A stretch of 63,837 nt of DNA from Antechinus flavipes. Its lineage: Eukaryota. The translations under genes were made by a program, and so were the position numbers. The notes under the pieces were generated by a model. It saw only the letters and a list, made by a program, of their open reading frames with translations, made no database searches and had not been told where the DNA came from. This document shows positions 24,605 through 35,093 of this stretch, piece by piece (position 1 is the first letter of the stretch; every line of letters begins with the position of its first letter). The stretch spans positions 703,266,001-703,329,837 of the forward strand of contig NC_067398.1 in NCBI RefSeq assembly GCF_016432865.1. The letters run 5' to 3'.

Positions 24605-25085
24605 CAAGAATTATTGAGAAAATTGGGCAAAATTTGACAGAAATCAGGATTAAACCAGCATGCAATTTATCCAGATGACTTGCATTCACTGATGTCGAAA
24701 GAACTGGCAGGTGTGATTTCTGAGCCACAGTCAGTAATTTTTGAAAGGTCATGGAAAATGAAAAAAGTACCACAGATAGAAGAAGGGCAAATGTTTTGAG
24801 AAAGAGAGAGAGAGAGAGAGTCCATAAACTATAAAAATTAACTTTGATTCCCAGAGAAATTCTAAAATCAATCATTAAAGAAATGGCACACCAGCATCTT
24901 GAAATGAATGTAATAATTATAGAGCCAGCCTGGCTTCAACAAGAATAAATCATTCTGGTCTAGCCTAATTTCATTTTATGACAGAATTACTAACTAATAA
25001 TTAAAGGGAATGCTATAATATGGCTTATCTAGATTTTAGTAAAGTTTTGGATAAAATATTTCATTCTACTCTTATAGAGAAGGTA
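24605..25085 (+). mobile_element. L3/CR1 reverse-transcriptase fragment
   Basis: Decayed PD.LH...LKELA.VI.EP.S.IFERSW and YLDFSK..DKI motifs (tatctagattttagtaaagttttggataaaat). Confidence 0.85.
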
Positions 25086-25114
25086 TTTTTATGCCAAATA
25101 CCCCATTCTATCGA

Positions 25115-25330
25115 CTGTTTTTGTTCAGTTACTTCATTCATGACTTACTCTTTGTGACCCCATTTGGGATTTCCTTGGTAAAGAGACTGGAGTAATTTGC
25201 CATTTTCTTTTCTAGCTCATTTTGCAGATGAAAAACTGAGGCGAATAGGGTTAAGTGACTTGTTCAGGGTCACACACAGATGAAAGCAGATTTGAAGTCA
25301 GAAAGATGATACTCTACCAGCTAGCTACCC
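25115..25330 (-). mobile_element. MAR1-type SINE
   Basis: ctctttgtgaccccatttgggatttccttggtaaagagactggagtaatttgccattttcttttctagctcatttt. Confidence 0.8.
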
Positions 25331-26159
25331 CACTCTACTATACAACATAAATTCTACTAACAAATACACATTAATCCGAGGGAGAAAGGGATGTACTAGA
25401 ATCTGAGAAATAGAATTGGGGAAAAGTTTCATGTATGATTTGGAAAGAATTGTGGATTGAATTCTAGAATAAGGTCCTTCTTGACTTTAATCTTATTAAA
25501 TCTCTCTATGCCCCAGTCTCTGCATCCATAAGAAGAAAGAAGGTAGTAGAGATGACCTCTGGAGATTGACTCAACTCTATTTTTACTGACTTTGTGTGAG
25601 ATAAAGACATTTGGTTCCCAACAACAATCTACTCTAGCTTGGGGCTCTGTTTTGTATTTGTACTTAGTATTTATTTATCTGTTTATATATTATAGCCCAC
25701 CTTGCTCTTCTCCGTTCCCATACAACTTGAGTTCTTTGGGGTCAGAAACTGGATTTTTGCCTTTGTCTATTTAGAACCTAGGACAGTGCCTAGCACAACT
25801 GAATGAATATTGTATCCCACAGAATGTAAACTCTTTAAAAGGCCAGAGTATTTTTTTTCTTTTGATAGCCAGTACCTATAGCCGAATCTTCAATATAACC
25901 AGTCAATCAACAAGAATTTATTGAGAGTCTAGGAGCTAGGGATACAAAAACAAAAAATGCTTGCTGAAGTCAGTTGAATTAGTTATAGTCAGCAGTTTTA
26001 AACCCTTCCTTTGGGAGTGATCCTTTTATAGATGAAAGGTTTTGTTTTGCTTCGTTTTACCATTTAGACCTTTCCCTATGCTGTGGCCTGTAATCCATTC
26101 TGAAGAATTAGAATTTTGCTTCTTACACACAACCCTCCATCCACCCCCTTCCTTCAACT

Positions 26160-26580
26160 CCACAACTGCAGGTTGCTGCACCTGAACAGATGTCCCCATT
26201 TCAGCCCAGCTGAAGATGTACAAGAAATAGTGGGTAATCTGACAGTAATTGATGTTTCTGTAAGCAAAAGGGGATGGGGGTGAATTATGAGCTCAGTGGG
26301 TGTCCCAGCACCTGCAAGTCACATGGCAGAATGTTCTGGGAAAAGGGTCTGTCTTTGATTTGTTTGAGATGAAAGGGAAACTGGTGCTGATACAGAATCA
26401 GTTGGAATTTGGCACAAATTCCAAAGCAAGAGCTACTCAACCATACAATGATTTGGGTTCAGACCCCAATTCCTTCCAACATATGGGCAACTACATATCC
26501 CAGCTCTCGTGTTTACTGTTTGGGTGATGATGGAAAAAATCCCATAGCATCTGCCCCAAGAGAATGTGACTCATTTGAGA
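26160..26580. promoter_or_regulatory. E-box cluster (10 CANNTG) + AP-1 site; candidate bHLH enhancer
   Basis: CANNTG at 26163, 26179, 26187, 26207, 26309, 26320, 26399, 26480, 26548, 26572; TGACTCA at 26567. Confidence 0.35.
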
Positions 26581-27489
26581 ATAAGGAATATTTTATTTTT
26601 GTCTTTGCATTAATAGAGGATTATAAACAATAGGTACCTAATGTTTGCAGAGCAGTAATATAATAAAGACCTAGACTTGAAGTGAGGAATATTTGACTTC
26701 AGATACTGCTTTTAGTATAATAGCTCTCTTAGCCTTGGTTTTTTCCTTTTAAAATGAGAGTAGGGGTTGAATTCTATGACTTTCTAGGACTAAATCTATG
26801 ATCCCTGAAATGCTTTAATCTTGGTCAATTATAAAAGCACCAGGAGCAATATCCATGGGAAGAAGGAGGTCAGATTAGTTCATGACTAGGGTCTTAGTAG
26901 CTCAGATGACTTGTACACACTGTAGAAGCAACTTGAAAATGTTCCTTAGCTGGAATCCAGCCAGCATACAACTACCACCACACTACAATGGCCTCCAGCT
27001 TCTAGCGACCAGATGTGATTTGCAATTCCAAAAATCGTTTCATCATTAAATATGGCATCATGGCACTCTCCTGCTCTCACTCATACCTTCTAACCCAAAG
27101 GTCCTACCTAGGATCATAGAACCATAGAGTCAGAAATAGAAGGGCCCTCAGAAATCAATCAGCCAACCTACAGATGAGGAAACTGAGTCCTAAAGTCCTA
27201 AGTCCTAAAGAGTTGAAGTGGTGTTCCGTTAGAATTTAAGCTTCTAGAAAATAGTAATTGCTTCATTCTTCATCTTTGTTACATCCAGCACTTGGCATAG
27301 TACCTGGAACATTAGGAAATGCTTAGTTAATATTTGATAGACTAACAGATTGCCACAGCCATATAGATAGAAGTGGAATACAGTATGTTAATGCCTTTCC
27401 TTCTTATAGTGCTAAACTCTAAGACTTCTTTGACCATCCTTCCAAAACCTACCTGTTCACAAAAACATGGTTTGTGAAGATAAATGTTT

Positions 27490-27890
27490 AGAGCAGGTAG
27501 GTGATGTATAGAGTGCATAGAGTGTTGTGCCTGCAGTCAGGAAAATCTGGGTTCAAATATAATCTCAGAAACTAGCTAGATGGTGCAGTGAATAGAGTAC
27601 TTAACTTGAGTCAAAAAAAATCAAAGTTCAAATCCAGCCTCAGATACTTTTTTGCTATGAAATACTAGGGAAAGTCATTTAAAACTCCTGAAACAAATGT
27701 AATCTCAGATATTTAATATCTATGTGACCCTGGGCAAATTACTTAATTCTGTTTGCCTCAGTTATTTCATTTCTAAAATGAGCTAGGGGAAAAAATGGAA
27801 AACAACTCCAGTATCTTTGCCAACAAAACCCCAAATGGGACTACAAAGAGTCAGACATGACTGAGAAACTACTGATCATCAAGAACAAAA
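27490..27890 (+). mobile_element. MAR1-type SINE with a second SINE head nested inside
   Basis: Two tRNA-like heads; aaatataatctcaga / aaatgtaatctcaga flank the inner element; MAR1 tail tccagtatctttgccaacaaaaccccaaatggg. Confidence 0.7.
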
Positions 27891-28554
27891 TGTGTAGGTG
27901 GGAAAAAGGAGATAGATGCTTTAGTTTCTGCTAAAAGGTTGTTGTCTCCCTCTGCCCTCCAAACTGAGATGGAGCAGCAGCAAAGATTTCCAAGAATTGA
28001 AACTCTGAGATCCTGGGGAGATTAGGATTGGAGGAGGGTTGCTTTCCAAACGAGGATGCTCAATCATGAGGAAATGTAATAATTAATCCCAGGAGCAAGG
28101 AGGAAGAGTAGCTGACTGCCTCACCCGCTTTGCCATCTTATTTCCCAATCCACAGCAGTTTTCATATGCAAAAAAGAAGTGTTCTTGTTCACAGAACTGA
28201 GCACAGCAAGGGTGCAAAGAGAAGGGATTCATGGAAATTCCTTAAACTCCATGAGACAAAGATAGCACTTATCACTTTTCCCTAAAGCCAGGTGGTTCCC
28301 CCTTCTTTTTAGCTCTTTACCTGTTGTCCTTCCCTATTAGAATGTTAATTCCTAAAGGACAGAGACTGACTTATTTAACTGACAAAGAATATGCATTTAA
28401 TAAATGCTTTATCTTTCTAAGTAAGAAACAGACTGGAATAAAGTAGTACACTTAAAAATCTTTTTCAGCTGGCAGGGAGGTACCTGGTGCATCTGAGGAT
28501 GAAATAATGTATTTCAGATTCAAAAGCAATGAGTAGAAACTTCAGCTAGTTTTT

Positions 28555-28865
28555 AGTGTTGTTCAGTTGTGTATGATAGTTCATGACCTCATTTGGAGTT
28601 TTCTTGGCAAAGATACTAGAAAGGATCCCTATTTTCTTTTCTGGCTAATTTGACAGATGAGGAAACTGATGCAAACTGGGTCAAGTGACTTGCCCAGGGT
28701 CATATAACTATAAGTATCCAAGATCAGGTTTGAACTCAGGAAGATGAGTCTTCCTGACGCCAGACCCTGTGCTTTATCCACTGAGCCACCTCACTGCTAG
28801 GCAAACCATACCAATATCTTTGCCAAGAAAACTCCAAATGGGATCACAAAGAGTTGGACATAACT
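28555..28865. mobile_element. MAR1 (-) followed by MAR1 tail (+), forming an inverted pair
   Basis: Perfect 26-bp inverted repeat at 28590-28615 and 28815-28840. Confidence 0.8.
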
Positions 28866-30067
28866 AATCAATCAAAAAAGAGAGAATATATCTCCATTAT
28901 TGTTACTAGGAAAAGTCTCCTTTCAAAAAAAGAGGGAGATGGGGAGGGAATGGCTCTTTGAGGGAAATAGAGGCTACTGATAGGTGGCAGCTCTGTGGTC
29001 TTATGCCAGTCTGGAACTTCAGGACCAGATCTATGGGTCCCAGAGTAGAATCTTTCTGGCAGGGGGAAGTCATCCTCAAAATAATCTCCTTCAGCTGCTC
29101 AGCAGAATGGTGAGAAAGCCAGAGGGATGAGAAAAGAAAGATAGGGTCCAAGGATGAGAAAGAAGGGTTGGCAAACTACAAAGAGAGCAGTGTCTTGCAT
29201 TTGCCATTCACTTTCTGTGTGACTGAGCCAAGCCATCTCTGGACCTCAGTTGTTTTTCGGTAAAATAAACCAGTTGGATTCAATGATCTCTGAGTTCCCT
29301 TTTCAGTCTAAATCTACAATCCTTGGTAATCCCTTTACAAAAATTCCAAGTTACTTTTTCCCTGATTTTGAAAAAAAAAGTATCCCTTTATTCTATGCAA
29401 CTTTTTTCAATTAACAAGCATTTTTTCTCCCTCCTCCTTCCCCTAATTGAAAAAGAAAAAAAAAAGGAATAAAATGAACTGAGGCAGAGTGAAGTGAGAA
29501 GAATTAGGAGAATAATTTATATAATAAATATACTGTAAAGATAGATAACTTTGAAAGACTCAGGGTTTTTGACCAATGCAATGACCAACTACTATTGCTC
29601 TCCACTTCTGTTAGAAAAATAGTGGGGAAAAAATAAAAACAACAACAATCCTATTAAGAATGCATTATTAGGCCTCTTAAGGACTAAATAAAAAAGAGGG
29701 GGGGAAAGAAAAATAGTAATACATATAAATGAGAATTCAGTTCATAGAATTGAAAGGTCACATGGGCCAATGTCCTTATGGATAAGGAAACAGATCCAGA
29801 GAAATGAAGCTTCTTTCCCTAAATCACACAGATTAAAGAGGCAGGATTTGAATTCAATTTAAATCACTCTAATTACAATTCTCCCCACTAGCATGGTTTT
29901 CACATGCCTTTCTTAGCATTGGATTAGACACTAACTGGGTGACCCTGGGTGAAGGGAAAGCAAGGAAACAAGCCTTTATATTATATCTACCGTGGGTTTA
30001 TATGGCATCTACATTATGCTGAGCACTTTGCCAATATTATTTAATTCTCAGAACAATCCTGTGATGT

Positions 30068-30560
30068 TTCATTTTTGTTTGACCTTTTGAAGATGACCAA
30101 CAGCATCACAGGAGACTGTCTTAACTTATTTATGAATTCAATTTAAGTGAGGCAGAGTTGCACATGATCATCAACCTCAATCTCTCTTCCACTGCCATAG
30201 AAGTCCAGTGGTAGGACAAAATTCAGAATGATTGGCAATGACCCAGGATGCAGTGGATGACCGTGCCATCTTCAATGTTTGACTAAGCTCCAAGAGCTCT
30301 ACACCGCCTGCTTCGGCTACTTTCATGGCTATCGAAACAAACTGTTCTTGTCTGCCCATTCTGCCAGTGAGTCTTGACAGATACTCTTAACTCATTGACA
30401 GGTTTGAGATCTGTCAGTTACCCCATTCTGGTTTAGATTATCTACTGAGATAATTTTACTAGAGTGTGGCTGCTGAGCAAGTTACAGCTTCTTGGAGACA
30501 CAAATGAGAGTTGGGTGGCAGGTGCAGACCAAAGGTGAATGAGCAGCCCTGAAAACCTGA
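30068..30560 (-). mobile_element. RTE-related non-autonomous element (second copy)
   Basis: gaattcaatttaagtgaggcagagttgcac...ggatgcagtggatgacc...ctgcccattctgccagtg; homologous to 12964-13420. Confidence 0.8.
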
Positions 30561-30775
30561 TATGTAGATGCTGGTATCACTGCCATTTCTCAAATGACAC
30601 AAAGAAAGGTTAAGTGACTTGCCCATTTATAACTGAGATGGATTAGAATTTAGGAACTATACCACCTGGAAACCATTTAACCTCTATCTGGTCTGGTTTC
30701 TCATTTGTATAATAAATATAATAATAGGATCAAATGAGATAATATTTGTAAAGTAGATGCTTAATAAATACGTGT

Positions 30776-31024
30776 TTCCTTTCTCCATTCCTTCTTTCTT
30801 TTCTTCCTTCTTTTCTCCCTCCTTCCTTTTTCTTCTTTCTTCTCTCCCTCCCTTCTTCCTTCCTTCCTCTTTTTCCTTTTTTATTCTGCCCACTCTCCTT
30901 CTTCCCTCCCTCCCTTAATCCTTCCTTCTGTCCTTCCTTCCTTCCTTCCTCTTTCCTACCTTTCTTCCTTCTTTTTTCTCTCCTTCTTCCTCCCTCCCTC
31001 CCTTCCCTCTTTTCCTCCCTTTTC
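30776..31024. repeat. (CCTT/CTTT)-rich polypyrimidine tract
   Basis: About 250 bp of almost purely C/T. Confidence 0.92.
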
Positions 31025-31324
31025 AATTTACATCCTTAAAGATACTATCATGTCTTTCCCACTCCCTCCCCAAGTCTTCTCTTCTCTAACATATGCACCC
31101 TCATTTTTTAAAATTTCCTAATGACAAGACAAGGTCTCTGCATGGAGAGACCAGAACAGCTGGTAAAGAAGATTAGTATTGGGAATGAATTCAAGTCTTC
31201 CTGACTCTAATCCCAGGGCCCTAACCACTGTACCACCTAGCTACCTCAAAGGGGATAGGGCTTAAAGTTGTTCCGCTTACTTCAAAAGGCAGAACAGGAA
31301 TACTGGTGGAAATGTAAAAATCCC

Positions 31325-31500
31325 AATTTAGATTTGCAATTACAGAAACACACCTAACAAATAGAACTGTTAAAAAACAGAATGGGAAGCCTGGGAGGTG
31401 ATAAGTTTCCATTCTTTGAGGGCATTCAAACAGAAACTGGATGATCATTTGTCAGGTGTATAATGGCATGGATTCCTTTCAGGCATGAATTGAAGTGGAG
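31325..31500 (+). mobile_element. L3/CR1 3' end
   Basis: ctaacaaatagaactgtt...gaatgggaagcctgggaggtgata...ttcaaacagaaactggatgatcatttgtcagg. Confidence 0.7.
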
Positions 31501-31760
31501 GTAGCTGGATCTCTCAGTGAACAGAGCATGGAGTCTAGCTTTAGAAAGAACTGAATTCAAATCATCTCAGACTTTGAGCTGTGTGACTTTGGGCAAGTCA
31601 CTTCATTTTGTTTCCCTCAGTTTCCTCATCTGTCAAATGAGCAAGAGAAGGAAATGCCAAGCCCATTCATTATCTTTGCCAAAAATACAACAAAAACAAA
31701 TACAATGAAAAATAAGGTCACCAGGAGTTTGGACATGACTGAAATGACAGAATAACAAAA
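31500..31760 (+). mobile_element. MAR1-type SINE
   Basis: tRNA-like head, CORE (ctcagtttcctcatctgtcaaatgag) and tail tatctttgccaaaaa...ggacatgactgaaatgac. Confidence 0.75.
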
Positions 31761-32619
31761 TAGATTGAACTAGAAGGCTGCTTACTTCACCTAAAAGCTC
31801 CTAGAGGGACTGTTTTCCCTTTTGTTTCTGTATTCCCAGTGTCTGACATTAGGCTTATATTCTGAAGGTGCTTAATCAGTGTTTGTTGGACTGAATAAAA
31901 CCTTCCGTTTGACTAGAGAGACCTTCTCCAGTCACCTAAACTTAGAAGCCAACCAGAGACTACGGCCCCATTTCCATTTGTCTTCCTTCATTCTTTCCAC
32001 TCAACCATGTTACCTCCCCAGTGAAGGGCTTGCTAAAGCCAATTAATCCCATAAATAAGATTGCAGGGGGGAATATTAAATCCACTTAAGAAAATAACCT
32101 TTTTCAAAACACTTGGCAGTGTTCATTCATATACCAGTAATTAATGTGCTAATTACAAATGCATACCATCTATTAAAGTGAGCCTGGCAGGACCTGTACT
32201 TAGCAGGGAGCTTAGATGGAATTATTTATGCATTCTTAGAGAAACATAAATAACATCTTAAATAAAGTTGCACTTATTTTTTAAAAGATGTATAACATCC
32301 ACTTGAGAAGCCACACAGTAACATGAGTAGATAAGGAATAAATTAATAAATTAGTGAATGTAAAAAGTATTGATTGTTTATTTCATACCAAGCAATAACT
32401 TTAAGAAGGACTGAGTTTAAGTTCTTTCCCTGAGGCATTAACTAGTTGTGAAATGCTGGGTAGATCCTTAAATGTCTCTTTGACCTCAGGAACCAGACTA
32501 ATATTTAGCTAGTATTTATGTAGATCTTTAAGGTTCGAAGGACTATGCACACAAACACATCTATATCTATCTGTCTGTCTGTCAGTCTGTCTATCTGTGT
32601 CTGTCAACATGTCTTTCTA

Positions 32620-33300
32620 TCCTCTACCTAATCTGACTAAAATGTGGCCTATCTCATTTGGTCTAACAAGTTGCAAATTTGGAGGTATAATGTCCTTTGG
32701 TATATCCCCAAATCATCTAAAATGGCCTATCTCATGTGAGAGATACTTAGGGCATAGAAGACCTAGTATGTACAAGAACACTCTTGTGCAAACCTATCTT
32801 GTGATTGGGAGGGGTCTATTTCAGAGGGCTCTGGAACTCTGGAAAGGTATACTTGAATTCCATTGGCTGTACAACCAAAAATAGTTGTACCTTTAAATCT
32901 TCCCTGGCTAAAGTACAGTGTGTCTTACAGCAGTACCCTGGGTGATGGACTGGTTCAGTTGCATGTAATAAAAGGAAGAGAGGGATTCTAGGGCCATATA
33001 TCTCTCTTCTTTAATCATGTCAGCTTAAGAAACTGGCTTAGGGTTTTGGCCCATCTCATTTGTCTTGCTCCAAATTAGCAGTTTGGGTTATGGCAATCTT
33101 GGAACCCAAGCTGTTGCAGCTAGCCTACCAGGAAGACCTTGAAGTGCAATGGTTTGAGACACTAGCCTTGTGAGGCTTTGGATTTAAACTTAGTGGAACT
33201 AATGCTGTATAAGAACTGAGTTAATCTGTCAGCCTAATTCTCCTTCCTTCCCCAAAGACTGAAGTGGTTTAGGAAGAATTATGCTCCAAAAGGACTTCAC
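32620..33300. mobile_element. Possible solo LTR / unclassified repeat
   Basis: Internal motif TGGCC(T/C)ATCTCAT x3, two ATTGG boxes, AATAAA near 32967; no family recognised; ends uncertain. Confidence 0.3.
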
Positions 33301-33639
33301 CCTAGGTTGTGAGTCTATGACTTCCTGCCTCTGTCCTAGTACTGCACCAGTTTCCAACTATTTCTAGCACAAGGAAATTGCCTCTTCTTGTGGCTGAACT
33401 GATCTCCCAAGAGGGATGTGGAAAACTCCAATGCGACAAGAAGCAACCTTCCCTCTGATGGCAGGCTTTGCAGCTTTGCCTGTCTCTTGAGGGAAAAAGA
33501 AGAAGAAAGTAGGTGAGATATGGGATTTTCTTCTTCTGTGAAGGTTCAAAATTTATATCTCCTACTACTATCTCTTCTGCCTGATCTCCAGCCTTTAGAA
33601 GGAACAGGAGGAGTAAAACATGGCTTCCTCTTTGACTAT

Positions 33640-34045
33640 CTGACCATGTGCCTTCCATCTTTTGTCCATCCTGATCTCCAGCTTCCTTTGAAGAGTGACA
33701 TCTCTCATTCAGTGATCAACCTTCTCATACCCTACACATCCCAGTGAATCTGAACATCGTTAGATCATCATCCCAGAAAGATATCATCTCCATGTTCAAC
33801 TATTCCAAAATCCACTTCTCTGACCACCTTCTCTTGGCTTTTCACTTCTCCCTCTGCCTTCCCTTGCCAAACCCTTGCTACTACACTTTCCCAAATGACT
33901 TAAATTGGATTTTTTCCCTATTTATTGTCTCTTCCCTTGTAATGTGAACTTCTTGGGAACAGAGAGACTCTTACCTTCTTATCTATATCCCCAGCACTTA
34001 GTACAGTGCCTGGAATATAGTAGGTGTTTAATAAATGTTTCACTT
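33640..34045 (+). mobile_element. L2 fragments including 3' tail
   Basis: atccccagcacttagtacagtgcctggaatatagtaggtgtttaataaatgttt. Confidence 0.7.
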
Positions 34046-34963
34046 ATTTATTCATTTATTTCAAACTCAGATGATCCCTAGAGATGCTATAATGCCCTAG
34101 TGAGTTAGCATGAAGTCTGAGCAAGGACAACCTTACTGCAACTTCATATACTCATATTGGAACACCGGCAATGATGTCTGAGCAAAGATGCTGACAGTGT
34201 ACTCTGGGGGCAGAGTAATTAAATGACTAGAACATGGGATTGGAAGATAAGAGAACCAGGTTTTCATCCCAGCTGTGCTACCACCTCACTGTGAAGTGAA
34301 TTATTCTGAAACTTGGAGATTCAGGATAATTCACTTTACCATTTGGGGTTTTGTTATATTCTTATAAACAATGGGAAATAGACTAGATGGTCTCTGACCT
34401 CCATTTCCCCATTCTGCCCCCTCCCTCCCTACCCCATACACTCCCTATTCCAAGGCCCTTCTCAGCCCTGACATTCACTGTTCTAAAACTCTCTTGCCCC
34501 TCCCTCCCTGCTAACAGCACATCATGAGTGAACACAGTAGTTCCTGCAAGATCTTAAAGTGGAACCAGGGGGTAGGAGAGCCACAAGGGAACAGACAAGT
34601 TAGCGCCAGTCTTATGATATTCTCCTGCTACAGATTCTATTACTTCAACAAAGGACCTTTCCGGGACATTATTAAGGACTTGGAAATCCCCATAGAACAC
34701 ACATCATCCAAATACCCTGTACCGTGCCAACCAAACCTTCCAAACTTCCCTTCCCAGATGAACCGGTTTGCCAAAGATGAATTTATCTACTGAGAGAGGG
34801 CTAAGATCTTGTATGCAAATGGGGAAAATTTCAGAGCAAACTAGGGGTAGAACAGAGACAGGACTGCAACCAGTTACCTCTTTTTCTTTCTCCTAGACAG
34901 AAAAACCTCCTAAATGAACCCTGGAGTGGGTGTGGGTGTGGGTATGTAGAAGACAGGGATAAA

Positions 34964-35093
34964 NNNNNNNNNNNNNNNNNNNNNNNNNNNNNNNNNNNNN
35001 NNNNNNNNNNNNNNNNNNNNNNNNNNNNNNNNNNNNNNNNNNNNNNNNNNNNNNNNNNNNNNNNNNNNNNNNNNNNNNNNNNNNNNNNNNNNN
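34964..35093. other. Assembly gap (130 N)
   Basis: Run of N. Confidence 1.

Noticed and set aside
30684-31026. Lys/Glu/Arg-rich ORFs
   Set aside because: Antisense of the CCTT tract.
33370-33513. Apparent + strand exon (tatttctag| ... AGTAG|gtgaga)
   Set aside because: All three frames contain stops before the donor.
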